DNA of 63,928 nucleotides, filler included, from Aduncisulcus paluster (taxonomy: Eukaryota): the NCBI GenBank assembly GCA_024181965.1. It is 6 parts of 6 records of this genome, joined end to end, with 100 filler letters (N's around TTAATTAATTAA, not from the genome) between each part and the next. Parts side by side here need not be neighbours in the genome. Positions count along the whole stretch, not along the records: positions 1 to 11,583 come from BQXS01012465.1; positions 11,684 to 34,744 come from BQXS01012466.1; 4 more parts are not named here. One strand, written 5' to 3'. The notes under the pieces are model-generated. The model was not told the DNA's origin. It searched no databases and worked only from the letters and a program-made list of their open reading frames with translations. Below, in pieces: positions 1 through 12,908 of this stretch; the first letter of the stretch is position 1; each line of letters begins with the position of its first letter. The position numbers were made by a program, and so were the translations under genes.

Positions 1-1302
1 GAAAAGAGAGGATAAATATGGATTGTTGAGGCAAAAACATAAGAAGGTATAATTACGGGGATAAATGGAGTATATTGTATTAATAATGCAAGACATACTT
101 GGAATAACAAAAATGACTCCGAATGGTATATCAATTGTAGCCAAACGATGAAACTTTCAAGAAGTCTTTTTCGATATCTATGTTGCGGGGAATAATAATT
201 GGATATGTGGATAAAATGTGTTGTGAATTTTAAATATTTTAATATTATTTGCAACAACCATTGTTGAACCCATTTTCATAAAAGTCGTTGTTTTCTGCAC
301 AACGACATGTTTTCATCGATATTTAGGTGTCGATTCTTCTCGAAAGTTGTATGACATTAAGGAAATATCCCCATTCTCGAGACCAGAAGTGGTGGCAACA
401 GGTTCTAATATGTGTTTTCTGAAACAATATGATGCCTTCTGATTGAACACGACCAATCTTCTCTCAACTGAGGTTCAAGGATGTTTTTGCAATTTTCTTA
501 AAATTATATATCTTGATATCTTGATATAATCACCGAAAGTACCGATATTTCTTGTATATATATCAGATCTGTTGATTCTGTTGAGTTATGGAAGGGGATT
601 TATTGATAATGATAATACATCCAAAAAAGGGACAACTATTCTACGGATTATAACTCGTTATTACAAAATTTAGGCGAGGAATCAAACCTGATATTCTCTT
701 TTATTCCATCCTCTTCCTCTCTTCAATTTCCCTTCATATCTCAAACGAGACAATCAATAATATGAAAAACAAAACATGTAATTTCCGCCAATATATAGAC
801 CTTCTGAGATAGAAACATCGAAAATATTGAAATCGGGGGACAATACAAATTATGATATCTATTTTTAGACGTTCTATTTTTAGATATACCAGAAATTCTT
901 TTGTCGATATATTCGATATTATACCTTTAATTGCTTGTTTTCGGTCCATTTTTTGCCATTCTTATCACCAATTCAAATTCACTATTCTATTGGGGATGTT
1001 TCTTTTGTTTTTCCTCACATCCCGCTTGCTCTTTCTGTGATGATAATGCTAGATGTGGCATGGACAATGAGTTATGAGTTATAACTGTGATATAGGGAAG
1101 AATTTCTTCTCTGATAGGCATTCCCTGCCATGGAGATCGATTCCATCTCTTATTCATAAATCATGATAAAAGTAAATGTCTGAGCAGAATATCTTGCCGA
1201 GAATATCGATGATTCGGCGAAGTTCTGATACTAGGGATGAATCTGGGTTGGTGTGAGTGGTCTTCAGTGTCCATCAATCAATTTATAGTTTAAAATTCAT
1301 TT

Positions 1303-1800
1303 TACACTTTACTGCTATTCCATCCTCCTATTTTGGAACAGAAATATCTACATCAACAATCTCTCCTTTATCATACTTATATTTCTTCAACTGACGCTGA
1401 ACAATCTCATCAATTGATGGACATTTGACTTCCAACCCAAAACGAGGAATGAGGGGTTTAATTTTTTGCACTGCTTCTCTCGCTTCATGAACAGACATTC
1501 TCTATTTTGGATCCATTTTAGTCAATCCCACAAATACTTCGGCCAAACAATCGGCAACTTCTTTGCCCCTCCCCATGTGGACTTTCCCTTAAATCCTTAA
1601 ATATGGGACATATTGTAATATCAGGGAAGAATCCATCCTTCATTAAGTTAAGCAGAAAAGCGGAAAGAGAACCATGCTCACAATACTTCAATTGGAATTC
1701 AGGAAAACGCATGAATGGCGGAAAACAATTAAACAATGTAAATACTGTCATTCCCAATGAATATCACTTTTCGCATCTTGATATGTTGATTTCAAGGACA
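1303..1800 (-). pseudogene. Degraded C-lobe fragment of the expanded kinase family
   Basis: Minus-strand reading gives KSD/YSLGMTVFTLFNCFPPF...MDPK*RMSVHEAREAVQKIKPLIPRFGLEVKCPSIDEIVQRQLKK. This matches QKSDGYSLGMSI...ERMSVHEARKKVQSIKDLLPQIGEGFECPSI in the intact paralogs, but carries frameshifts and in-frame stops. Boundaries are approximate. Confidence 0.7.
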
Positions 1801-2767
1801 TCTTCAAGAGCATCCTCGGGTATACAAAATAATGAGGGCGACGACAAAAAGAATTTGTGACAAACGCAAACTTCTTCTTCGCATCTTTGCTTCACCGAGT
1901 CACAGAACGTAATATGATGTGAGTTCTCTTCACTATGAGTTAATTTAGATCTCTTTTTCATAATTATTTTTCAACTCGAATATTTGTGATCAAATATAAT
2001 CGAACATGAACGGCATTCACAATTCAATCTTCCCACGTCATAAAAAACCATTTCAACGACCAAGAAAGATTTTATCGGCCTAAAACAACGATTTTAGTAC
2101 GTTTCGCTCTGTCCATTTTCTTTCAACATCCAAAAAGATCGTCGAAAAAGTCAATCACTCGAATTAAATATTAAAGCGGGCAATAATATCATTCTTAAAG
2201 TTTTTATCCAATATTATTGCGAAATTCCACATAACAAATTCCATAAATAATGTCTATTCAGACAAGAAATGGAAAAAATCATTGTTGTGTCCATTAAGAT
2301 CTAAGATGAAAATTTGATATCGTTAAATTATATTATTCTAACATTTCAAGTTGTAACATGGAATGAATATGTTACTCTAAGGCCAGAAAGATGTTTTCAA
2401 AAATTTCAAATCTTTTGTCCAAAATTCTATTTCATTCCGAGCTTGAAACAAATTGTTTTTCCCATTAATACGTAAACTTGGTTTGATTTGTCTATAATAG
2501 TATGTTTTTGTGGGTATTATTGTGTTTTTCAATTTCGACATTCCTCAACGAAGTAATGCCGTGAATCTTACACGTTCTTATCGATAATTGTGTCCATCTT
2601 ATGAATTTATTCCATTTCATTTGTCATACTTCCCTCATATGCCTTCCTTCATGGTTTTATTTTGAACCCTCACACTGAATGAAAATTAAGATTAAAGTCC
2701 AAACACCTCGAAAATATTAAAAAAGAATAACATTAAAAAGAATTCTTTGCCTTAAAATACAACTTAA

Positions 2768-5700
2768 ATGTCAGCGTCAAAGTCATTACCACTTGAATTA
2801 TCAAATCCTAGTGTTTCTAGACATTCAAACCCATGCTCTGAACTTGAACAATTACAGACAACAATCAGGAGAACATCATCTCAATCCGCTGTGACATCCC
2901 TTTATTCCGTGTTTTCCCCTCGTCTCAGGGCTATTTTTGATACATTCTCTCTGGACTCTTCTGCTATCTTGTCACATCAGAATCTCTTCACTCTTTGTTT
3001 CGAATGCTTGTCTTTATTCGTAAAACATGAGATTCTTTCCCCTTCTCCTGTATCTCATGGTGTTGATGATAAACCGAAAGAGGAGATCATGCTCGATGGT
3101 GCTTCTCTTCAGAAACTAATCGAATTGTTTCTTGACCCTATGCTCAGAGTTGAGTGTGTTCTAAGAGAGAGTGTTGATGGTGATGATGATCGAAAAGAAG
3201 AAGCAGAAGAAAAGAGACCTAATGGAGTGAATTCCATCACTATGGCATTGTTTAGGATTATTAATGTGTGTATCAAGAAAGTTGTTTCTCTTCGAATCTC
3301 AGTCTTTCACCGACTATCCACTATTCTCTCCAANNNNNNNNNNNNNNNNNNNNCTTGACCCTATGCTCAGAGTTGAGTGTGTTCTAAGAGAGAGTGTTGA
3401 TGGTGATGATGATCGAAAAGAAGAAGCAGAAGAAAAGAGACCTAATGGAGTGAATTCCATCACTATGGCATTGTTTAGGATTATTAATGTGTGTATCAAG
3501 AAAGTTGTTTCTCTTCGAATCTCAGTCTTTCACCGACTATCCACTATTCTCTCCAAAATATTATCGATCGGTCTCTCCAAGAGATTTGAGTCCGATTTCG
3601 TTGAGGATGCTCTTGGAACTTGTCGATCTCTTGCTTTTACAAAAGATGATTCCACCAAGGATTCCCTCTTAGAGATTCTTCTTCCTCATATTCTGCCTTG
3701 GTTGAGGAAATATCCAGGTGAGACTTTCTTCTTCCACTGGATAAACATCCTGAAGAACATCACACTTGATAATGTTAATACCAACCCTCATAAAGGTCGA
3801 TGCTTACAACTTTGGTTTGTATTCCCTCCCATTGTTGGTGCAGTGAAGGATAGCATTTCAAGAGGTCTTGGATTCAATTCTGCCACAAAAATTCGATGCA
3901 TCATGTTCTTCTCCAATCTGTGCTGTATTCCCGATTTTGCAGTAGAAATATTTAAAAACACAAAGCATATGATCGATAATTGGTTTATAATGGTCAAAGA
4001 GCAAGAAGAGGACAACCATAATTGGGGAATCAAATATTGGTCTGAATTTATTTCCATGCTATCCACTGTTCCATCTCTTGTTCCTCACATCTCTCCTAAA
4101 TATGATGCCGCTATGGCATGGTGTAAGGATAACGGAGGTTGGGGTTCAGATTATTCTCGATATTTTAATTATTGTTATGCTCACCTCAAGAAATGGTGTG
4201 AATTGATTGATTCCATCAAGGAATGCCAAGACTCAAAGTCAACATCAAAACTCTATTATAAACAAAGAGGATCTATTCTCTCTATCTTCCGTGCATCAAT
4301 GTCCAGAAGTGAGATTATTGAGCACACAAAAGAAATTATTTTGTGTTGTCAGTGTTTAAAGTGGTTTGTCAGACATCCAATTTCTGGAATTAAGATCTAT
4401 CTCACTGCTCCTACCCTTAATGATCTCGTTGACACTTTCATAAGCCACATATCAAGAGTTGAGAAGGTGTTAGAATCAGTGGTTGAAGAAGAATATTGTG
4501 ATATTTGTGTTCGTTTCACCTTTTCAGATCCAAAGAAGCGGGATTCCTTCCTTCCAAAGATCTTTCCAACTTTCCAACATATTCTTGAGAGAGGAAGCAA
4601 GGGAAAGTTGGGAGACAATGCAATCATTGGTGTTCCAGAAGGAAACAGTATTGTTCCGAAGAATGTACTATTAACTCTCAACAATATCTCTAATTCCAAA
4701 TCGTCTTCCACGCGATCATCCATTTTTACCCTCATTAAACCCTATATCATAGATTGGATGGGTATATATCGAGATGTTGGCTATTATAATATCTGGATTA
4801 TTATTTTGTCAAAAATTACCTGGTCACCGGAAGATAATGCCCCTAATATGTCAATATGCTCTGAAACATGGTCAATTTTCCACTTTGTTCTCGATTTCAT
4901 GAAGAAGGAACTCATTGGGGATAATATTGTAAAGAGGGAATATTGCTTTATTTTGAAATTTTTCTCAAACTTATGTTCTGATCGCTCACATGCGATTGAA
5001 GTGTATGAAAATATTGAACATCTTCTTGGCAATTGGTTTGAAGCTATCAAGAAGAAGAAACACAAAAATGGAATTAAATATTGGTCAGAATTGGTTTCTG
5101 TGTCTCCTCNNNNNNNNNNNNNNNNNNNNAATATCTGGATTATTATTTTGTCAAAAATTACCTGGTCACCGGAAGATAATGCCCCTAATATGTCAATATG
5201 CTCTGAAACATGGTCAATTTTCCACTTTGTTCTCGATTTCATGAAGAAGGAACTCATTGGGGATAATATTGTAAAGAGGGAATATTGCTTTATTTTGAAA
5301 TTTTTCTCAAACTTATGTTCTGATCGCTCACATGCGATTGAAGTGTATGAAAATATTGAACATCTTCTTGGCAATTGGTTTGAAGCTATCAAGAAGAAGA
5401 AACACAAAAATGGAATTAAATATTGGTCAGAATTGGTTTCTGTGCTCTCCTCTATTCCCTCTCTTGTGCCTGAAATATCTCCTAAATATGATAGTGCCAT
5501 GGAATGGTGTAGAAAAAAGAATGAAAAGGGGAACAATGCTCTCATGAGATATCAAGAAAATTGCAAGCGTTATTATGATCATAAATTTCGCTTTATCAGA
5601 TCTTTCAAGTACTGCTCTGATTCAGAATCCACTTCTCATCTATACCACGAACATCAAGGATCAATTCTCTCTGTCTTCCTTGCATGCCAATCCGAAAGTA

Positions 5701-8700
5701 CAATTAAAGAACATAAAAAGGAGGTTGTTCTATGTTGTCAGTGTTTAAGAGATTTTGTGAGGCATGATCTCGGATATAATATGGTCTATCTCCCCATTCC
5801 TGATCTGAATGATCTCATTGACACTTTCATTGATCATCTATCTAGAGTTGAGAGTGTATTGGAAGGAGATGTTGATGAATATTATTGTTATATTTGTCGC
5901 TCTTATACTTTCAAAGTTGAAGATGAAAGGGATTCCTTCCTTCCCAAAATTTCTCCAACATTCCAACGCATTCTTGAAAGAGGAAGCAAGGAAAAGTTGA
6001 AAGGAGATGTTCCCTTAGATCTATTAATTACCCTCATAAATATCTCCACTTCAAAATCTTCCTCCACTCGATTGTCCATGTACACTCTTTTTGAATCATA
6101 TATCAAGGATTGGATGAGAATTTATGGAGATATGAAGTTTCAAAGAAATTTTCAATATGATGTGTGTTGTGAAGAGTTGGTCATTTTGTTGACCAATCTT
6201 TCTTGGTCACCAGAAGACAATTCTCCGAATAGAGTTATCTGTTCTGAATTGTGGCCACTCTTCCACCCCATTCTTGATGATATTAAGAATGGCCTTACTA
6301 GATTTACGTGTCGTCAATATATACTACATCAATATTTTTTCGTTTTAGATTTCTTCTCAAACCTGTGTTGTGATCCCGCACATGCAATTGAGATATATGA
6401 AAACATTAAGGAACTTCTTGATGATTGGTTTGTACCCATCAAAAAGGAGAAACGTTATTTGGAAATTTATAACTGGTCCAAACTCATTTCTATGCTATCT
6501 ACTGTTCCAGCTCTTGTTCCTCATATATCTCCCAAATATGACAATGCCATGGAATGGTGCAAGGATAATGGCATGGGAGATTGTGGTGAATATCATTCAA
6601 ACTATCTCATTTTTTGTTATCCTGGCCCGAAACAAAATCTGCAACCTTTGGAAATTTTAATTGATTCAATCAAAAAGTGTTCAAGTCCTGAATCGACGTC
6701 TCAACTTTACCTCAAGAATAGAAAATTCATACTTGCTATCTTTCTTCAATACCAATCTAGATGTAATATAAAAGAACACAAAAAGAAGATTCATCTATGT
6801 TGTCAATGTTTATCATACTTTATAAAACATATCAATAATATTTCTGGAAACGTTGTTTGTCTCCCCATTCCTGATCTAAATGATCTCATTGACACTTTCA
6901 TTGGTCATTTGTCAAGAGTGGAAGAAGTGTTGGAAGAAGATTTTGATGAAGAGTATTGTCATATTTGTGTTAATTATACAGCTGAGGTTCAAGCAAAAAT
7001 GGATTCTTTTCTTCCTGAGATTTCTTCTACTTTTCATCGAATACTTGAAAGAGGTACCCAGGAAAAGTTGGATACGGGGAGTATTCCAAAACAGCTATTA
7101 CAGACCCTCAAAAATATCTCCACATCTGAATCTTCATCAATTCGATCGTCCCTTTTCTCTCTCATTAAACCTTATATCAATGATTGGATGATTTTGTACC
7201 GAGATATTTGGTATTATGAAGAGTTTATTGTCATATTTGCAAACCTTACTTGGTCTCTAAAAGATGATTCCCCAGATAAAATAACATGTTCTGAATTATG
7301 GCCATTCTTTCGCCCTATTTTTGACGTTGTGAAGAAATATATTGTTGAGGATAAGATTGTTGAGAGGGAGTATTCCAAGGTTTTAGATTTATTCTCAAAT
7401 TTATGTTGTGATCGCTTACATGCTATTGAGATATATGAAAACACCAAGGATCTTCTTGATGGTTGGTATGAAGCCATAAAAAAGCAGAAACATGATCTAG
7501 CAATCAATTTCTGGTCTAAACTCGTTTCAATGTTTTCTACTGTTACAGATCTTGTTCCTCACTTATCTCCAAAATACGATGTTAGCATGGATTGGTGTAA
7601 GGATAACGGAGGTTTGGAGAGTAGAAATTTAAAGTATTTCAAGAATTGTTATCCTCATATTAAGGAATTTAAAGATCTAACCATAAACATACATAAATGT
7701 CCTGATTCCGAGACAATTTCAAAACTGTACAACGAACATCGAGAATCCATTCTCTCTATCTTCCTTGCATGTCAATCCAGAGGTAAAATCGAAGAACATA
7801 TAAAAGAGCTTATATTGTGTTTTCAATGTTTAAGATGGTTTGTTCACCGTCGTATTTCTATTTTTACGGATTTTCTTCTCCCTATCTCTGATCTGAATAA
7901 TCTTATTGACACTTTCATTGGTCATCTATCAAGAGTTGAGAGTGTATTGGAAGGATCAGTTGATGAAGAGTATTGTAATATTTGTATGAATTATACTTTC
8001 AAAGTTCGAGATAAATGGGATTCCTTCCTCCCCACGATATCTCCCACTTTCCACCGCATTCTTGAAAGAGGAAGCAAGGGAAAATTGGAAGGAGATATCC
8101 CTTCGTATCTATTACTGTACTTTAGAATTATCTCCAGTTCCAAATCTTCCTCCACTCGATCATCCATCTTCACCCTCATCAAGCCATATGTCAAAGATTG
8201 GATGAGAATATATGGAGATATTATGTATTATGAAGAGTGGATAATGATATTGAAAAACCTTTCTTGGTCACCAGAAGACAATTCTCCAAACAAACACATC
8301 TGTTCCGAATCATGGCCATTCTTCCACCCTATTCTTGATTTTGTGAAGAGAGAGTGTTCAGAGGATAAGATTGTTGAGAAGGGTTATTACATAGTTTTAG
8401 ATTTCTTCTCAAACCTGTGTTGTGATCCCTCCCATGTTCATGAAATATATGAAACCATTAAAGATCTTCTCAATGGTTGGTTTGAAGCGATTAAGAAGAA
8501 GAAACATGTACTGGGGATCAAATATTGGTCCAAATTCATTTCCATGTTATCCACTTCTCCATCTCTTGATATTCACTTAGTAACTCAATATGATAGAATG
8601 AAATGGTGTAGGGAAAATGGAAGACGCCAAGATGTAGATTCTTTCTATTTAAGATATTTTAATTTTTGTTGTTATCTTAAAAAATGGCAAGATTTGATCG

Positions 8701-10430
8701 ATTCCATCAAGAAATCCCCAAATTCTGGATCTACTGCTTTACTTTACCTCAACAATCGAGAAGCAATTCTCTCTGTCTTTCTTGCTTCCAAAACAAGATT
8801 TGAAATTGAAAAACACAAGGGAGAACTTGTTTTATGTTTTCGTTGCTTACGGTGGTTTTCTCATCATGAATCTCAGAGTTATGGTGTCTATCTACCTATT
8901 CCGGAATTAAATAATCTTATTGGTATTTTCTTTGAGCATTTATCAAGAGTTAAGCAAGTGTTACAAGAAGCTGTTGAAGAAGAGTATTGTGTAATTTGTG
9001 CTGATTATACTTCTATTGTGACAAATCCATCCAATCTCTTCCTCACTAAAATCTCAACCACTTTGCCATGTATCCTTGAAAGAGGAAGTAAGAAGAAGTT
9101 GGAGGGTAGTATTCCAACAAATTTAATATTGATCCTCAAAAATATCTCTATTTCCAAATCTACTTCCATCCGATCATCAATCTTCACGATCATTAAACCT
9201 TTTATCAAAGATTGGTTGAGATTGTATCGGAAAACAGTCCATTGTTATCAACAACCGTCAAGTTTTAGGTGTTATGGAGACTGGATAAAAATATTATCAA
9301 ACCTCACATGGTCACCAGAGGATAATGCTCCGAATCCGTCAATATGTTCTGAAGCTTGGTCATTATTTCCCCAAATTCTTGATTTTGTTAAAAAAGAATG
9401 TGTTGAAATTGATAATGAATACTTTTCTGTTATGCGACTCTTCTCCAACTTTTGTTGTGATCCCTCCCATGCCATTGAACTGTTTGAAAACATTAGGGAT
9501 CTCCTTGATGGTTGGTTTAAGAAACATGAAAGAGGAATCAAATATGATGATCACATGGGAATCAAATGCTGGACCAAACTCCTTTCAATGCTCACCACTG
9601 TTCCATCTCTTGTTCCTCATATATCTCCAAAATATGATGATTCTATCAGGTGGTGTTTGAAATATGACCATGCCAATTCTGGATCTTCCTCTTCCCAATA
9701 CCTTTCAAATGTGTTTTCAGTCATATCGTCCTCCCATTTACCCTTCCTTCTCAAATCCATTCCATCAATATCCATCATTCCTCCCATTGTGACACTAAAA
9801 TCTCCCTCTTCCGATGGATATATATTCGCCACACATGTTTGTTCTGGGATGGGAAGGGTAAGGGCTTCAATTGAGAAATGTAAGATTCCATCATATTACA
9901 ATGTTTTGACTGGAAGTGAGATCAAATGCAGATGTCTTGACTTCGGTCGTGTGTGTTATACAATTGATGAATTCAAAGTGAAAGATAGTGTTAGTGAAGC
10001 TGCAGATGAAAAAGAGAAAGATGAAAAGGAGAAGGTTACAAGTGATACATCTAATCATGAGCTTCCACAAACTGTCCACTCTTCCCTTATCCAATACACT
10101 CCTCCACAACATCTCCTTGTCAAGATGACATTCACAGAAGAGAGAGCCATGAGACAATCCATGTATGACTTTATTGAACAGACTGGGGCTGGTGTGGAGG
10201 TATTGTTTGATGAACAGACACACTCGTTTGAGGGATATTATCAATATGGATGGAAAGAGGGAATGGAAATCATTGTCGAAGAGGAAGAAGAGGAGAATGT
10301 TCACGAGGAAGAAATCGAAGAAATTGGTGATCAAGAAAACCAGGAAGAAAATAATGATATGATTGAAGAATCAGATAGTGTTGAGGATTATGAGGATTCT
10401 ATTGACACAATTGAGGAAAGTGAAGAATGA
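2768..10430 (+). CDS. Large tandem-repeat helical (ARM/HEAT-like) protein, about 2365 aa after removing gap duplications
   Basis: ORFs 2768..3358 and 3264..10430 join in frame once the gap-flanking duplicates 3131-3353 and 4788-5129 are removed (7098 nt). Five full ~340-aa units start near 4188, 5589, 6648, 7668 and 8679, with a partial unit before them. Recurring motifs: ILERGSKxKL, LxWSPEDNxPN, FFSNLCCD, LVPHISPKYDxxMxWC. Acidic C-terminal tail. The fold is inferred. Confidence 0.8.
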
Positions 10431-10694
10431 TATAGGAAATTTGACAGTCAAATTTTGACTTGAAGTTATGGCAGGTTTATTTATAGGACGTAACAGGTTC
10501 TCGCTAAATTTTTAAACACTAGGATTTTACGATAAATTGTTTCAGTAAAATTGGGTTTAATTTGCGAGATTTTTGGGTGTTTTATTTATTTTAATTATTT
10601 TGGGGAATTCTTTCACATTATTGAACATCAATAAGAAGAGAAGCTTCAAAACTTGAGTAAAACGTTATTTTTGTTATAGGTTACAGATAAATGA

Positions 10695-11583
10695 TACAAA
10701 CTTTGTACAAGGATTGAATCCTACATCTACACCGCTTCAGATAAAGGCTACTGCCACCAATCAACACCATCACCCCCCCCTCCAATTCCGCCGACTCCAC
10801 CCGCCCTCATCTCTGGCCCAAACCTCAGTGTTGCTTCAACGTCAACCCCCCACAATACCCAAACACCAAAGAAAAGGGGAAGAAAGAAGAAACGGACAAG
10901 ATGTGACTTATCACAAAAAGACATTGAAACAACACAATCCAAAAACCTGCCCACCAGGAATAGGCTCCCCTCCATCATTGCGCTGAAAGATAAAGAAAAC
11001 TCCAAATTCCTCAAAAAAGCAAGGAAAAGGCGAAAACCCAAACCTCCCTTGCAGGAAATCTCAGAGGATAAACCTGCTGAAGGAATGACCGCGATGATCC
11101 CGATCCCCCCCTCCGTTCCTAGGAATATTCCATCATTTTCCCGTGGTGTAATACCTGTTTCAAAACGCCGGACAATCTCCGTATCCCCGGATTTGGTCCA
11201 AACCTCAGACCAAGAGATAGACCCGACGACCCCTTCAAAGAAACAATCACTCATAGAAGAAGGTGGTCAAAAGGCTACAAAACGGTCTCTACCGCTCCCC
11301 AGGTCAGGAAAGAGACAGGTCGAAGGCACAGACCAAGAACCGGCAGCCAAGGAACCACCTCACCAGGCAATCCACCAGGATGAGGCGAGTGAAGATTGTG
11401 ACCACAATGCCAGACATGGATCAAAGGAAGAAGAAACTTCTGGTGACCCCTTTGATCCCAAAGACAAAGAAGAGGAAGAGGAGGACAACTTCAATACTCC
11501 CCGTTCCAAATCTAGATCACCAGAAATTTTTGATGTTGTTGATGATGAAGGTTTAGCTATTTCACAACCTGGAGGAATGAATG
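10695..11583 (+). CDS. Partial Pro/Lys/Glu-rich low-complexity reading frame, truncated at contig end
   Basis: The frame of ORF 11049 is open from 10695 to the linker. Composition is more GC-rich than the flanks and there is a basic NLS-like stretch (PKKRGRKKKR). No clear start codon. Confidence 0.4.
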
Positions 11584-11683
11584 NNNNNNNNNNNNNNNNN
11601 NNNNNNNNNNNNNNNNNNNNNNNNNNNTTAATTAATTAANNNNNNNNNNNNNNNNNNNNNNNNNNNNNNNNNNNNNNNNNNNN
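11584..11683. other. Artificial contig linker
   Basis: N44-TTAATTAATTAA-N44, which gives stops in all six frames. Confidence 0.98.
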
Positions 11684-12145
11684 GAACCTAAAGACACACC
11701 CGGATTTGATGAATCGGGTGTTGGCATTGATAGAAGAGAAGAATTGATTCCTATCGATGAGATAAACACTGAAGCTATAAAAGATGCTATCCGTTATATT
11801 GGTATTTATCCTACTGAGGCCGAGTTATCCGGAATTATCTCCGAAATGACTGGTGATGACTCTAATTCTGTTAATTTCGTGCAGTTTAGGCGTGTTGTCC
11901 TGGGTATTATTGTCTTAGATAAGATTCCTAGGGACTCTGAGGAGGATTTAATGACTGCTTTTAAGGCCCTTGATCCTGAGGGTAATGGCTATATCACGAG
12001 CGAGAGTTTCAAGCTAATTCTTACAGCAAACGACGAGAGATTGGATCAACCTGAAGTTGCAGAGATGCTTGATCTGTTCGTTGGGGCCGATGGTCGGATT
12101 GATATAGAACGGATGGTTCATGAACTTGCTGAGCTTCCTTATTGA
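11684..12145 (+). CDS. Calmodulin-like EF-hand protein, resembling EFCAB2/DRC8 (5' truncated)
   Basis: Frame is open from the contig start. IRYIGIYPTEAEL, RDSEEDLMTAFKALDPEGNGYIT and EVAEML match the calmodulin-fold pattern of DRC8-type proteins. Confidence 0.7.
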   Translation, partial: EPKDTPGFDESGVGIDRREELIPIDEINTEAIKDAIRYIGIYPTEAELSGIISEMTGDDSNSVNFVQFRRVVLGIIVLDKIPRDSEEDLMTAFKALDPEGNGYITSESFKLILTANDERLDQPEVAEMLDLFVGADGRIDIERMVHELAELPY

Positions 12146-12908
12146 GAAAAGAGATTTGTAGATGGTAGTTTATTCATTTATATATTTATGTATTTATCAA
12201 TCATCATGTTGTCCTATGATCTTTCCATGTTCTTCTTGATTTTCGATCTGAGTGGCTAAAAATAGTAACATGGTTATTCTCTCTCAGTTTCCAGGGTTTT
12301 AATGAAGTTGGCACGCCATATTAAGAGGTAAATACGGTGTTATATTACTCAATATTTGATATTTGCTGGTTGGCAAGGTGTGAAAGTTCAATATTTTTTG
12401 ATTGGGTGGACATTGAGTCATTTGGAGGATTAAATAAGAGTATATTCCGCCATACTATATTGCTTAATTGGATAAATATGCATATATTCTCTTTTATTAA
12501 TATTGTCAAAGGTCAATATTGATAAGATTATTATCGTATTTGTTGATTGTCTCCAACTTCGATCCCTCGGTTTTGATCCTCCTTCCATATCAATTGTCTC
12601 TGTTGTGAAGCCGTTTCCCTGAAGATTACCCAATTTCTGATGTATTCGATATTTCAACCGTCTGTTTTATACAATAAACCCCCTTTTTTGAATTAAATTC
12701 TGAAAAAAGGCCTCTCAATTTTTGGAATAGAAATCGTGAATATTTTACAATATAACAAGATATAAACAGGTTGAAAAACGGGTTAAATAATAATTTGACC
12801 CTTTTTAAGTTTCTTATTATCAATCCACCCTCAATATTTCGAATAATCGTGGTTTTCCCGTCATTGAAACACTTAAATTTAAAATTTAACCAAAATATTT
12901 AAATAATT

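Noticed and set aside
1..1290. Short ORFs at the window start
   Set aside because: AT-rich, no motifs, overlapping on opposite strands; probably non-coding or decayed.
3314..10334. Numerous antisense and alternate-frame ORFs within long genes
   Set aside because: These are shadow ORFs that recur only because the host repeats recur.
11628..11639. Recurrent TTAATTAATTAA palindrome as a biological site
   Set aside because: It is always embedded in exactly 44+44 N, so it is a concatenation linker.
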